64,000 nt of DNA from Candidatus Latescibacterota bacterium (lineage in GTDB: Bacteria; Latescibacterota; UBA2968). A program made the translations under genes and the position numbers. Below the pieces are notes generated by a model that was given only the letters and a program-made list of their open reading frames with translations, was not told where the DNA came from and made no database searches. Of the stretch, positions 19,663-31,100 are shown piece by piece. Location: positions 6,240,001 to 6,304,000 of the forward strand of contig OZ244960.1 in the NCBI GenBank assembly GCA_965222605.1, read 5' to 3'. Each line of letters begins with the position of its first letter. Position 1 is the first letter of the stretch.

Positions 19663-19687
19663 CACCAAAGATGAACGCCTGTAAATT
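19659..19687 (+). promoter_or_regulatory. sigma70 promoter of tRNA-Gly
   Basis: TTGACA-17-TAAATT ending 16 nt before the tRNA. Confidence 0.65.
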
Positions 19688-19703
19688 GGCTATTTCTTGC
19701 GGA

Positions 19704-19779
19704 GCGGGAATAACTCAGTTGGTAGAGTGCAAGCTTCCCAAGCTTGATGTCGCGGGTTCGAGTCCCGTTTCCCGCTCCA
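19704..19779 (+). tRNA. tRNA-Gly(CCC)
   Basis: 76-nt cloverleaf GCGGGAA...TTCCCGC-TCCA, anticodon arm CAAGC-ttCCCaa-GCTTG, GGTTCGAGTCC T-arm. Confidence 0.97.
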
Positions 19780-19794
19780 TTCTTTTATTAAATC

Positions 19795-20259
19795 ATGAAA
19801 ATTCTCAAATATGTCGCAGTAGCTTTGCTCTTCATCTGCTTGGTGGTCACAGGTCTTTTCGCTTACGTAGCAACCACGCGAATTTTGACCCCCCTGGAGA
19901 GTGTCATTTTGCAATCCTTTTCCTTGCTGGCCGGACTGGGAGGCTCATTCATTTTTGGTCAGCAGTCGGTGCGTAAGGCAGCGAAGGATATCATCAAACC
20001 ACACGCCCGGTCTGCGTTCAGACGCCTTCTCTCCCTCTATCATAGCCTTTCTCGGGTGGCGGCCACTATAGAGTCATCTCAAACTTCGAGTCTCCCAGTG
20101 GAAAATCAAGTGACACTTGCTAAACTCGAAGCAATTGTCGTTGAGCAACTCGCTTCGGCAGATGATGCGATAGAGGAATGGAAAGATATTGTTCCAGAAG
20201 ATGTAGAAGAGTTAGACCAAAGATTCTCTTCTGATAAAACAACGAGGGATAGACAATGA
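19795..20259 (+). CDS. hypothetical membrane protein (2 N-terminal TM helices plus helical domain)
   Basis: ORF right after the tRNA; ARSAFRRLLSLY, ADDAIEEWKDIVPE. Confidence 0.7.
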   Translation: MKILKYVAVALLFICLVVTGLFAYVATTRILTPLESVILQSFSLLAGLGGSFIFGQQSVRKAAKDIIKPHARSAFRRLLSLYHSLSRVAATIESSQTSSLPVENQVTLAKLEAIVVEQLASADDAIEEWKDIVPEDVEELDQRFSSDKTTRDRQ

Positions 20260-20705
20260 CTGAACCTATTCGCGGAAAAGTCGCTAGCCTGCTTAACTCA
20301 CGAGAAATCGCGATAAATATAGGCTATGCTAATGGCGTCACTGTTGGCATGTACTTTGACGTAATGCATCTTGAATCTGGAGAGATTAGAGACCCTGATA
20401 CGGCCGAAGTGTTAGGCTCTATTGTGCGTACGAAAGTCAGGGTGCGGGTTACTGAGGTTCAAGAGAAATTAGCCGTAGCATCTACATACGAACGAGCAAC
20501 CGTTGATAGCCCCGCCTCCTTTGGTCCATTTGCTCGGTCACTTATGCCCCCTAGTTGGATAACGAAGTATGAGATAGAGACACTGAGGAAATCAGACAAA
20601 TTTTCTCCGGTAGATATCGATGGGGATGATAGCGATGTGAAGGTCGGAGACACCGTTGTTCAAGTTATTGAAGATGAAGTAGAACGAGAAAATGCGAATA
20701 CCTGA
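20256..20705 (+). CDS. hypothetical beta-rich protein (FlgT C-terminal-like barrel)
   Basis: ATGA overlap; GKVASLL..REIAINIG..GV.VG..F, EIRDPDTAEVLG, VKVGDTV. Confidence 0.65.
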   Translation: MTEPIRGKVASLLNSREIAINIGYANGVTVGMYFDVMHLESGEIRDPDTAEVLGSIVRTKVRVRVTEVQEKLAVASTYERATVDSPASFGPFARSLMPPSWITKYEIETLRKSDKFSPVDIDGDDSDVKVGDTVVQVIEDEVERENANT

Positions 20706-20735
20706 CAACCGCTTTCTGACTTGAGAAAGCAGACC

Positions 20736-20772
20736 GCGGCGGCGAAGAACGATCCATCTTCGCCGCTTTTTT
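20736..20772 (+). terminator. intrinsic terminator
   Basis: GCGGCGAAGA...TCTTCGCCGC followed by TTTTTT. Confidence 0.65.
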
Positions 20773-20828
20773 GATATGGAGTAGAGGTTCATTTGATTGG
20801 AAAAGACTAATAAATTTGAGGATTTTTC

Positions 20829-21575
20829 ATGGATAATGAAATTCGCATCCACTATGTCAGCCACTTTCTCAAGCTGAGTTTGTGGTATGCGCAATTTCTG
20901 ATGGCGCGGGAGGGAATTGCGTTTGAAAATGCGATTACTTCTCGGGCCAATGTGTATCGCAATACGGATTTTTTTGATGGTGAGCGCCATCCGGCACGGG
21001 GGCATGCAGATCCAGATTGGGACGCCTTTCTGAAGGGGTTGAAGGCCGTTTTTGATTGCTGTGAGGGCGAGGCATGGGAAGAAGAGGGGCTGACCTATTT
21101 ATGGCCCCATGTAAAGAAGGGTTATGGCAGGCCTTCCACAAAAGGACGTCCTTACGAATGCTGGACGTACGGCGATGGCGACGATTATATCGCGATCCAC
21201 ATTGGCAATGTGTATCAGCCCAAATCGCCTCTGAGTGAAATGCGAGATGCATTTATGGGCACATTGCTGCAATTGTTAAAGGATACACAGCAGCGACGCT
21301 CCAATGTGAAGACCGTGAGGTGTGGCAGTTGGCTCAATTCTGTACCACCATTTCAAGAACTCTTTCCCAAAAGCTGGCAAGAGAGTGCGATAGTGAGTCC
21401 AAAAGCGGGATTTACGATGGGGCATTGGGGGCAATTTATGGACCGCACGGGACGCTTTCATATAAAAAATGGCGCACATTTGAGGGCAACAGGTGATTTT
21501 CTCTATCCCTGTTCGACTTGTTATGCGCCTATTGATGAGATTGTGACACACCTGGAAGCTATGGTAAAGGGGTAG
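20829..21575 (+). CDS. hypothetical protein
   Basis: 248-aa ORF with IHIGN, CGSWLNS, HWGQF; weak resemblance to GNAT-C-like domains. Confidence 0.65.
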   Translation: MDNEIRIHYVSHFLKLSLWYAQFLMAREGIAFENAITSRANVYRNTDFFDGERHPARGHADPDWDAFLKGLKAVFDCCEGEAWEEEGLTYLWPHVKKGYGRPSTKGRPYECWTYGDGDDYIAIHIGNVYQPKSPLSEMRDAFMGTLLQLLKDTQQRRSNVKTVRCGSWLNSVPPFQELFPKSWQESAIVSPKAGFTMGHWGQFMDRTGRFHIKNGAHLRATGDFLYPCSTCYAPIDEIVTHLEAMVKG

Positions 21576-22815
21576 GTAATGGTTGTTTTTCCAAAGTCTC
21601 GGGAACGAGGAAGAGGAAGATACCCGCTGCGGAAAGGCCAATGCCTGCAATAGCCAGAGCTGCGGGCGATAGGCCGAAGAGGTCGGCGACATAACCGACG
21701 CATACGGGGCCAGACATGCGCCCGCCATCGCCGATCAGGCGCCAGAGACCCAAAAATTCGCTCAGGGCGTCGCGGGGTGCAAGGTCGGCACCCAGAGTCA
21801 TCATGGCGCCTGAACTGAGGCCATTGCCAAATCCGAGCAGACTGGCGGCAAGGAGAAGTGCGATAAATTCTCCTGTGATGAGGCCAACAGAGAAAAAGGG
21901 CAGGTTCAAGTAAGCGGCAAAGGCTTGTGTGAGCGGGATAAGTGCCATACCAATGGATTGTAACGCGAAACTGGGGACATTGGCGAATTTGCGTCCAAAG
22001 CGATCCATGATGACCCCAGCGGGATAGAACATCATCATGTCGATAAAGCCCGAGATCGACATGATGAGGCCGATTTGTTCATATCCCAGGCCAAGCACTT
22101 CGGCGCCGTAAAGCGGTATGATGATGTAGCGACCACTGCGAATGGTTTGGGCAAAGAGCTGACCTGTACCTGCAGTGATCAAATTTTTTCTGTGGGCGCG
22201 AAAGATGTTGGCAAAGTGTCGCGCAAGACCGTGTTGCGGTGGCGATACGCGCTTGCGAGAGGCTTCAACGGCGATTGCCGCGACCACTGCGGCTAAGAGT
22301 GTGACGCCGCCATAAACGAGGAAGGGATATTTTACGGAGGTGGTCGAGGCAATATAGCCACCGATGACAGGTCCCAGAAAGGTGCCGATGCGGCTGATGC
22401 CACCAAATACAGAGAGGGCGCGGCCCCTCTGGTGGACGGCTGTGGTATCGGCCAAATAGGCATACCGCGAGATGTCCCAAAGTGCGCCGCCGATTCCTCC
22501 CACAAAGCGCAGTAAGAAGACCATAAAGATGGTGGGAACAAAAAAGAGGCCCGCGCCGCTAAGTGCAACTGTTAGCACCCCCAATAGCATCGCGGATTTG
22601 CGACCGATGCGGTTGAGTACTATGGCCGCGGGCAGGTCGCCAACAAGGTGGCCGATACCCTCGGCAGCGAGCACGAGACCGACGAGGCCATAGGAGATGT
22701 CAAACGATTTGGCGTAGAGTGGCAATATGGGGATGAGCAGGCCACTGCCCAGTCTGAGTAGAAAAGTGGGGATGAAGACGGGGAGGATGAGAGGGTTGCG
22801 GAGGATGGTGTTCAT
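21559..22815 (-). CDS. MFS transporter
   Basis: About 12 TM helices; NRIGRK and MDRFGRK loop motifs, RGRALS. Confidence 0.9.
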   Translation of the reverse strand: MNTILRNPLILPVFIPTFLLRLGSGLLIPILPLYAKSFDISYGLVGLVLAAEGIGHLVGDLPAAIVLNRIGRKSAMLLGVLTVALSGAGLFFVPTIFMVFLLRFVGGIGGALWDISRYAYLADTTAVHQRGRALSVFGGISRIGTFLGPVIGGYIASTTSVKYPFLVYGGVTLLAAVVAAIAVEASRKRVSPPQHGLARHFANIFRAHRKNLITAGTGQLFAQTIRSGRYIIIPLYGAEVLGLGYEQIGLIMSISGFIDMMMFYPAGVIMDRFGRKFANVPSFALQSIGMALIPLTQAFAAYLNLPFFSVGLITGEFIALLLAASLLGFGNGLSSGAMMTLGADLAPRDALSEFLGLWRLIGDGGRMSGPVCVGYVADLFGLSPAALAIAGIGLSAAGIFLFLVPETLEKQPLPTPLP

Positions 22816-22908
22816 TGAAGTAAAAAACAAAAAGATAAAGCAGAAAGCAACCATAACGCAGGCACATGATAAGAATTAAAGGTTAAAGGCTGGATTGGAG
22901 GGCAACTC

Positions 22909-23640
22909 ATCGATTTTCCAATACGCGAAATATGCTATGCGAGCGGTATTTTTTGGATTGCGGGTAGCTTGCAGGGGTTGACCGGGTTTGGGTTTAATCT
23001 GCTTTCTGTGCCTGCGATGGTTTTGTGGTTTCCCGCACAGGTGGTTGTACCCGGGGTTTTGATGTCTTATTTGCCTTTGGGCACAGGGCAGTTTATTCAA
23101 CTGCGACGAGATGTGGATTGGAAGGTGCTGGGGATAATTGTGGGCAGTGCGATTGTGGGCATGCCTATCGGTGCGTTTATTTTACGCGATACAGATGCAG
23201 AGGTGATGAAGCGCGCCATTGGTTTGGCAATGATAGTATTGGCAATTGTTTTGCAATTGCGACCGGGTAATCCTTTTCGACATGACGCACTGACCTGTAT
23301 AGGGGTGGGTATGTTCAGCGGTTTTTTGTCCACCAGTATCGGTGTATCTGGACCGCCTCTGGTTCTGTTTGGGCTGAAACAGCGCTGGTCGCAGGAGATG
23401 ATGCGCGCGACGCTTTTGACCTGTTTTTTGTGTACTTCCACGTTGAGTCTCTGTGTGTTGTGGGCGGTAGGGGTGTTGACGCTTGAGAGCTTGCAATTCG
23501 TCCTTTGGGGCGCGCCGGGTTTGATTTTGGGATTTTTGACCTCGACCTATCTCCGCGCACGGGTTCATCAGGTGGCGGTGTTTCGCTGGATTTCGATTGG
23601 GATGGTGATGGCCGGCGGATTGGCCGCGGCGATTTTTTAA
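22909..23640 (+). CDS. sulfite exporter TauE/SafE family protein
   Basis: QGLTGFGF, GVSGPPL; frame open upstream of 22969 to an ATC placed 6 nt after GGAGGG. Confidence 0.8.
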   Translation: MDFPIREICYASGIFWIAGSLQGLTGFGFNLLSVPAMVLWFPAQVVVPGVLMSYLPLGTGQFIQLRRDVDWKVLGIIVGSAIVGMPIGAFILRDTDAEVMKRAIGLAMIVLAIVLQLRPGNPFRHDALTCIGVGMFSGFLSTSIGVSGPPLVLFGLKQRWSQEMMRATLLTCFLCTSTLSLCVLWAVGVLTLESLQFVLWGAPGLILGFLTSTYLRARVHQVAVFRWISIGMVMAGGLAAAIF

Positions 23641-23649
23641 GGATAATCT

Positions 23650-26600
23650 ATGCGTGATATAGATACAACCATTCGCAACTTGATGTCAGAGCGCATTTTG
23701 CTGCTCGATGGGGCGATGGCTACGATGATTCAGGCTTATGATCTGGACGAGCAGGCGTTTCGAGGCGATGGTTTTGGCGATCATCCCGTAGATGTGAAGG
23801 GGTGTAGTGACCTTTTGTGTCTGACGCAGCCCCATTTGATCGCGGATATTCATCGGCGTTTTTTAGATGCCGGGGCAGATATTATCGAGACAAATACGTT
23901 TAACGCCACGCCGGTTTCAATGGCGGAGTATCAGCTTCAGGACCGGGTTTACGATCTCAATGTGGCAGCCGCTCGGGTTGCGCGAAAAGCAGCGGATGAG
24001 GTGACAAAACAAAATCCGAACAAACCGCGATTTGTTGCGGGTTCTCTGGGTCCAACGAGTTGTACGCTTTCGCTGTCGCCCAATGTGAATGATCCGGCTT
24101 TTCGCACGCATACGTTTGAAGATGTGGTCAACGGGTATTACGCGCAGATCGAGGGCTTGATGGCGGGAGGTGTGGATCTGATCCTGGTGGAGACGGTGTT
24201 TGATACGCTCACGGCCAAAGCTGCGCTATTTGCCGTGTCGCGTTATTTCTCAGATCACGGTGTGAAAGTGCCCGTGATGATTTCTGGAACGGTGGCCGAT
24301 CAAAGCGGGCGCACGTTGTCCGGACAGACGATAGAGGCATTCTGGTTGTCTGTGGCGCACGCACAGCCCTTGAGTGTGGGGATTAACTGCGCCCTGGGTG
24401 CGCGGGAAATGCGGCCTTATGTGGAGGCTTTGTCGCATTTTGCACCGGCGTTTATGAGTTGTTATCCCAATGCGGGGTTGCCCAATGAGTTTGGGGAATA
24501 CGACGATTCTCCGGGGCATATGGCGGGTATTTTGGGCGATTTTGCCGCGCAGGGGTGGCTCAATATCGTGGGCGGATGTTGTGGTACCACGCCCGAATAT
24601 ATTGCTGTAATTGCCGAGGCTGTATCCGATAAGGCGCCGAGAAAAATTCCCGAGCGTTCTTCTGTGTCGCGCTTTAGCGGTTTGGAGCCGATGATTATTT
24701 ATCCCGATTCCAATTTTATTATGATTGGCGAGCGCACCAATGTGACGGGGTCACGGCGGTTTGCGCGGTTGATCAAAACGGGCGATTATGCGGCGGCACT
24801 GGCAGTTGCACGCGAGCAGGTGGTCGGTGGCGCGAATATGATTGATGTCAATATGGACGAGGGTTTGCTCGATTCCAAAGATGCTATGGCGACGTTTTTA
24901 AAGCTGATCGCGGGCGAACCCGATATTGCGCGCGTGCCGATTGTGATTGACAGTTCCGATTTCGAGGTGATCGAGGCTGGGTTGAAATGCGTGCAGGGCA
25001 AGGCGATTGTCAATTCTATCAGTTTAAAAGAGGGTGAGGCAGCTTTTAAAGCGCAGGCGGAAACCGTGTTGCGTTATGGTGCTGCGGTTGTGGTAATGGC
25101 ATTTGATGAGACTGGACAGGCGACGTCAATTGAAGACAAGGTGCGGATTTGCCAGCGCGCATATCGCATTTTGACAGAAGATGTCGGGATAGATGCGTCA
25201 GATATTATTTTTGATCCGAATATTCTGACTGTTGCAACGGGTATTGAGGAGCACAACGATTATGCGGTCAATTTTATCGGGGCCGTGAGGCAGATCAAAG
25301 ATCTTTGTCCTGGCGTGAAGACGAGTGGGGGCGTGAGCAATATTTCGTTCTCATTTCGGGGCAATGATTATATGCGGGAGGCGATTCACGCGGCTTTTTT
25401 GTATCACGCCATTCAAGCGGGTCTGGATATGGGCATTGTCAATGCCGGGCAGTTGATGGTATATGAAGAAATCCCCGAGCAGTTACGCGTGCTGATTGAA
25501 GATGTGTTGTTCAACAGGCGGGAGGATGCAACGGAACGGCTGGTGGATTTTGCCGAGTCTGTGCGGTCAGAGGGCAAGAGCCGCCAAAAAGACGATGCAT
25601 GGCGGCAAGGGTCGGTTGAAGCCCGCTTGAAGCACGCGCTGTTACACGGACAATCAGAGCATATCGAAGAGGATTTGGAGGAGGCTCTCGGCAGGTACAA
25701 ACCGTTGGAGATGGTCGAAGGCCCATTGATGGATGGGATGAATGTGGTGGGCGATTTGTTTGGCGCGGGCAAAATGTTTTTGCCTCAGGTGGTCAAAACT
25801 GCGCGCGTGATGAAGCAAGCGGTGGCGTATCTCGAGCCTTTGATGGATGATGAGCAGGCAGGCGGTGGAGCGAGGGGAAAAATACTGATGGCGACGGTGA
25901 AGGGGGATGTACACGATATTGGCAAGAATATTGTGGGCGTGGTTTTGGGGTGCAATAATTACGAGGTTATCGATTTGGGTGTGATGGTGCCCGCAGATCG
26001 CATTTTGAGAATTGCGCGGGAAAAGGGGGTCGATATCATCGGGTTGAGCGGTCTGATTACGCCGTCGCTCAATGAGATGATCCATGTCGCGGGGGAGATG
26101 CAGCGCGAGGGTTTTGACTTGCCCCTTTTGATTGGCGGGGCGACCACGAGCCGCAAGCATACGGCGGTAAAAATCGCGCCGGCTTACGAATATGCAACTG
26201 TGCATGTCAAGGACGCTTCGCGCGCAACGGGGGTGATGGGCACACTGTTGAACGCAGAGCAGCGCGACGAGTATATTCGGGCAAATCGCGAGTCGCAGCA
26301 GCGGGCATTGGCCGAGTTTGATATTTCTCGAAGGCCGCTTATTTCGTATTCGGATGCCCTGGCGCGTCGTCAGGTATTTGATTGGGCACAGGTCGATCTT
26401 CCCAAGCCCAAGTTTACGGGTGTGCAGGATTTGCGCGATTTCCCAATTTCCCAATTGGTAGATTTTATCGATTGGGGACCGTTTTTTCACGCATGGGAGT
26501 TGCGGGGCAGTTATCCCAAGATATTGAATGATCCGCACAAGGGCGTAGAGGCGCGCAAATTGTTCGACGATGCACAGGCGATGCTCCAGGCGATTGTCGA

Positions 26601-27306
26601 TGAGGGATGGCTCCAGGCGCAGGCTGTGTACGGATTTTTCCCGGTAAATGCCGATGGCGACGATATTGTCGTGTTTGAAGACGAGCGCAGAGATGCCGAG
26701 CGGGCGCGGTTGCCGATGCTGCGCCAGCAGCAGGAAAAGCGCACGGGGGGACCGTATTTTTCACTGGCCGATTTTGTCGCGCCTATCGGATATGCAGATT
26801 ATATCGGGGCGTTTGCCGTGACTGCGGGATTGGGCGTTGACGCCAAAGCAGCGGCGTTTAAGCACGCACTGGACGATTACAATGCCATTTTGCTTCAGGC
26901 TATAGCGGACCGCCTGGCTGAGGCATTTGCCGAGTTTTTGCACGCAAAGGCGCGGAGAGATTGGGGATACGGTCTGGGCGAGGCGTTGAACAGTGAGGAT
27001 TTGATCAGGGAGAGATATCGCGGTATTCGCCCCGCGCCCGGTTATCCCGCTTGCCCGGATCACACGGAGAAACAGACTTTGTGGGATTTGCTCAGTGTTG
27101 AGAGAGAGACGGATATTCGGTTGACGGAGAATTTTGCGATGTCCCCAGCGGCTTCGGTCAGCGGGTGGTATCTCGCACATCCCGATGCGCGCTATTTTGC
27201 CGTGGGCAAGATTGACGCCGATCAAGTGGCCGATTACGCACGCCGCAAAGGGATGCAGGTGGCGGAGATGGAACGCTGGCTGGCACCAAATTTGGGGTAT
27301 AGATAA
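23650..27306 (+). CDS. metH: cobalamin-dependent methionine synthase
   Basis: [49 protein letters not shown]. Confidence 0.98.
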   Translation: MRDIDTTIRNLMSERILLLDGAMATMIQAYDLDEQAFRGDGFGDHPVDVKGCSDLLCLTQPHLIADIHRRFLDAGADIIETNTFNATPVSMAEYQLQDRVYDLNVAAARVARKAADEVTKQNPNKPRFVAGSLGPTSCTLSLSPNVNDPAFRTHTFEDVVNGYYAQIEGLMAGGVDLILVETVFDTLTAKAALFAVSRYFSDHGVKVPVMISGTVADQSGRTLSGQTIEAFWLSVAHAQPLSVGINCALGAREMRPYVEALSHFAPAFMSCYPNAGLPNEFGEYDDSPGHMAGILGDFAAQGWLNIVGGCCGTTPEYIAVIAEAVSDKAPRKIPERSSVSRFSGLEPMIIYPDSNFIMIGERTNVTGSRRFARLIKTGDYAAALAVAREQVVGGANMIDVNMDEGLLDSKDAMATFLKLIAGEPDIARVPIVIDSSDFEVIEAGLKCVQGKAIVNSISLKEGEAAFKAQAETVLRYGAAVVVMAFDETGQATSIEDKVRICQRAYRILTEDVGIDASDIIFDPNILTVATGIEEHNDYAVNFIGAVRQIKDLCPGVKTSGGVSNISFSFRGNDYMREAIHAAFLYHAIQAGLDMGIVNAGQLMVYEEIPEQLRVLIEDVLFNRREDATERLVDFAESVRSEGKSRQKDDAWRQGSVEARLKHALLHGQSEHIEEDLEEALGRYKPLEMVEGPLMDGMNVVGDLFGAGKMFLPQVVKTARVMKQAVAYLEPLMDDEQAGGGARGKILMATVKGDVHDIGKNIVGVVLGCNNYEVIDLGVMVPADRILRIAREKGVDIIGLSGLITPSLNEMIHVAGEMQREGFDLPLLIGGATTSRKHTAVKIAPAYEYATVHVKDASRATGVMGTLLNAEQRDEYIRANRESQQRALAEFDISRRPLISYSDALARRQVFDWAQVDLPKPKFTGVQDLRDFPISQLVDFIDWGPFFHAWELRGSYPKILNDPHKGVEARKLFDDAQAMLQAIVDEGWLQAQAVYGFFPVNADGDDIVVFEDERRDAERARLPMLRQQQEKRTGGPYFSLADFVAPIGYADYIGAFAVTAGLGVDAKAAAFKHALDDYNAILLQAIADRLAEAFAEFLHAKARRDWGYGLGEALNSEDLIRERYRGIRPAPGYPACPDHTEKQTLWDLLSVERETDIRLTENFAMSPAASVSGWYLAHPDARYFAVGKIDADQVADYARRKGMQVAEMERWLAPNLGYR

Positions 27307-27632
27307 TGGCGCGCTTCAAGCCAGGTTGTGATAGCAATTCAAACGACGTGATAGAGGCTTTTTGTCGGGAAAGAGGTATCGCAAAGTGGTATTCAAAGAT
27401 ACCGGGGCTTCTTGAGAATCATTTCCCAAATTTAGAAGGTGGCGCGTTCAGCCTCCAAAAAGACGATGAGTCTGACGATGTCTTTGTTGAGGTATTATTT
27501 TCGGTCAGGGGTGTTCGAAAAGAGATTTATGAATATTATGATAGATTTCTCGATACCTGGGTCGAGGATGTCCCAGCAAAGGCAAGAGCATATTTCCAGC
27601 TTCTTTTAGATAATGAACAAATCTTACGTTGA
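27306..27632 (+). CDS. hypothetical protein
   Basis: 108-aa acidic ORF whose ATG overlaps the metH stop. Confidence 0.55.
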   Translation: MARFKPGCDSNSNDVIEAFCRERGIAKWYSKIPGLLENHFPNLEGGAFSLQKDDESDDVFVEVLFSVRGVRKEIYEYYDRFLDTWVEDVPAKARAYFQLLLDNEQILR

Positions 27633-27930
27633 GTATCGAGACCAAGGCTATTGGATTGCGAATAGTCGAGTCTCTCTGGATACTATCGTTTATGCTTTTC
27701 TGGATGGACAATCTCCCGAGAGTATTGCCCAATCGCTTCCTGTATTGACACTTGAACAGATCTATGGAGCTATTGCATTCTATCTTGCCCATCAAACAGA
27801 GATTGAGACATATCTTGAGCACTCGAAAGCGAATTTCGAGACAAGGCGAAAAGCATCCCGGGAATCAGACCCTGTATTTTATCAGAAATTAGCGGATGCA
27901 CGGCATGGCGTTGAGACGATTCACAAATGA
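27613..27930 (+). CDS. DUF433 family antitoxin-like protein
   Basis: IANSRVSLDTIV..F.DGQSPESIAQSLPVLTLEQIYGAIAFYL. Confidence 0.88.
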   Translation: MNKSYVEYRDQGYWIANSRVSLDTIVYAFLDGQSPESIAQSLPVLTLEQIYGAIAFYLAHQTEIETYLEHSKANFETRRKASRESDPVFYQKLADARHGVETIHK

Positions 27931-27947
27931 GAATACGATTTTGCTAA
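27927..27947 (+). pseudogene. few-codon remnant of a DUF5615 PIN-like partner
   Basis: ATGA overlap with the DUF433 stop; MRIRFC* resembles the usual M.IRF.. start of such partners. Confidence 0.4.
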
Positions 27948-27951
27948 AGAT

Positions 27952-27985
27952 CAAAGAGTCTCGTAATTGTTTGCGAGGCTCTTTT
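27952..27985 (+). terminator. intrinsic terminator
   Basis: AAAGAGTCTCGTAA...TTGCGAGGCTCTTTT. Confidence 0.65.
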
Positions 27986-28130
27986 AGTTTTTAGATGGAA
28001 ATGTAACGCGGAACGGGGTACAAATACGATAGCAAGTCCAATACAATATGTCCCTTGATAGATGCACATAAAGTCACTATGTTATGGATGATTGATCAGC
28101 CCTGGATTTATATTATAGGAAGGAATAGCA

Positions 28131-31100
28131 ATGCCACTACCTGGCGGACCCGCTGACAAGATTGGAAATCGCTACGAACTGTGGTGGACGGTCTCTCAAT
28201 TTGTACGGATCATCAATGGAGAAGTCGAAAGTATCCGCATAGAGGATCCGACAATTGATAAAGCCGAGTTTGTAGTCACTGCAGGAGGTTGTCGCGAGTT
28301 TCACCAAGCAAAGCGAATCCATCCAGATGGTAAGTGGAGCCTTTCCTCTCTCCAAAGCCTGCTACATACAATGTTCAATCAGCTTTCTACAAGCACCAAC
28401 ACACGATTCGTTTTTGTGTCGGGTAGTGAGGCTCGAGAGCTGAAAGAATTAACAGAACGGGCTGTGGATGCAAAAGACCTGGAGGAATTCGAGTCAGTGT
28501 TTGTTCGTGCTAAATCCCAAAAGCAAAATTTTAATAGACTCAAAGACGTTTGGAATACTGATACTGACACGGCATACGAGATACTTAGACGTATCGAAGT
28601 TCGTACCATTGATGAGATCGGGATTGGAGACCAAGTGCGAGATTCTTTGGCTGTACGGTTCAACCAACCGGATAACGTATGCGATGCACTCCGCAGCGTT
28701 GCTGAAGATTCGATTCATGAAGAGATCAACTACGAGAGGCTGATCTCATATCTTAAAGGTAAAAGGTTCACACTGCGTCAACTTATCAACCGAAATGATG
28801 CCCCTTCGCTCATCAACGAAGTAACAAGTCGTTATCTCAGAGCACGTCGAAAGCTGATTCAAGGCTCCCTTATTCCACGCTCATCGACTCAAGACCTTCT
28901 TGCCAAAATTAAAGAAAATGCGACCAATGGGGCCGACTGCGTCCTCACTGGCAGAGCAGGGGGTGGAAAAACGGGATGCGTAATCGAATGTGTGGAAGCA
29001 CTCCAACAAAGCAATGACGCTGCCGTGCTTGCCTTCCGCCTGGATCGCATAGAGCCGGTATCGTCAACCAAAGAACTGGGCGAACGTCTTGGCCTTGAGG
29101 AATCGCCAGCACTCGTATTGGAGACAGCGGCTGAGTCCCTATCACGCGACGCAGTACTTATTATTGATCAACTCGACGCCGTCAGCACAACTTCTGGTCG
29201 CAGTTCAGATTTCTTTGAAGTTGTGGAAGACCTTTTGGATGAAGTGAGAGGTTTACGCAATAGCGTGAAATTTCACGTTGTTGTTGTCTGCCGAAAGTTT
29301 GATTGGGAGAATGACCATCGCTTGCGTCGCTCTCTCGGAGAGAACCACATAGAAGTCTCCATCACAGATTTTTCTATAGATGAAGTAAAATCGGTGCTCC
29401 AGAATGGTGGCTTCAAAGCTGAACTATTTGAAACAAGGCAATTGGAGTTGCTCTGTCTGCCGCAAAATCTATCGTTGTTCCTTGATACGGATTACGATCT
29501 CAGCTCGCGACCACCGTTCTTCACACAAAAAGATCTGTTTGATCGCTACTGGGATGAAAAACGCCAGGCGGTTAAGAATCGTATCGCGTCCCTGTCTGAT
29601 CGCTGGATGGATGTGATCCAGATGTTGTGTGACAAAATGACTGAATCACAGCAGCTATCAGTGTTGAGGGAGACTCTCGATCAATTCTCGCCCGATTACC
29701 GTGACTCAATGGTGTCGGAGGGTGTGCTTTCATTTGATCAGAACCGTTATAGCTTCGGGCATGAGGCATTTTTCGATTACTGCTTTGCCCGTGGCTTTGT
29801 GGCAAAAGATGAATCCTTGACAGAGTTCCTCAAGAAATCGGAACAACACCTATTTCGCAGAGCACAAGTGCGACAAGTTCTCATTTATCTTCGCGATGCC
29901 GACCCCGAACGGTATTGCCAAGAACTCAGGGCATTATTGACGGATGAGAATATCCGTTATCATTTGAAAGATCTTGCTGTTGCCGTAGCTGTTGTGATGC
30001 CAAATCCCGAGGAAGCTGAATGGAACGTCCTTGAGCCATGGATTGAATCCGAACTTGAAGCGATCAAGAGCAGTACGCCAAATACGGATAAGTTTGCGTC
30101 TTTGGTGTGGGATCGCTTCTTCTCTTCGCAGCCCTGGTTCCAGATTGCGGATGAAAAAGGTCTTGTAGCAGGATGGCTCTCGTCTAACAAAGAAGCCCTT
30201 GTCGATATGGGTGCATACTATGCTCGGTTTCATCAGAGACATGCAGGAGACCGGGTGGCAGACCTTTTAAAGCCATTCGTGGGAAAAGATGGCAATTGGC
30301 CTCAACGGTTTAAGTCTATTATGCAATCGGCTGATCTTGGAAGCAGTCGAAGGTTTTTTGATTTGTTTTTAAGGTTAATAGACGATGGCACTTTGGATGG
30401 GGTCCCTGGATCAACCGATAACAACCGCACATTAGTGGACAGGTGGCCTGGGTTGATAAGGGCACCTCTTGATTGGATACCAGAGTTAATCAATCATTGG
30501 CTTTTAAGAAGACTATCAATAATTCAAGAGGCATGCGCTCCTGGAGAAAGTCCCAACTGGCGTAACTTATTCAATCCTGACGATTCCGTTTCAAAGTATA
30601 TTTACGATTCTGCAAACCAATTTCCTGACAAGTTTGTGCAGCACGTTCTACCAGTTATTTTGAAAATCTCTGATATTGCTATCTCTCAGGATTACAAAGA
30701 TTTGCCTAAACCTGACACAGTGTGGATGTTTTGGCCCGACAGTGAGTATGATCCAATTGAAGAAGTTTGCAGAAAAGCAGTTGCTTTAGTGGTAGAGAAA
30801 CTCGCTGAAAAGAAGTCAGACCGTATTGCTGAAATTTTGGAAAAGCTAAGGGTCCGAGAGACCTACATGGCAAATTATCTTCTTCTTCGGGCCTATACCG
30901 CTGGCGGAAAATACTTTGCCGACGATGCTGTTTCTGAACTCTGCGACAAAAACTGGCGTTTTCGATGCGGATATTCTGACAGCCCTTACTGGATAGCGAT
31001 TCAACTGATAGAGGCGGTCACCCCTCTTTGTTCCGAAGATAACCGCGCAAAACTCGAAAAGGCTATTTGGGATTACACACCGTATTATGAGAGTATTCCT

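Noticed and set aside
19704-20772. att-site duplication of the tRNA-Gly 3' end
   Set aside because: No second copy of the tRNA 3' end was found by eye in the window.
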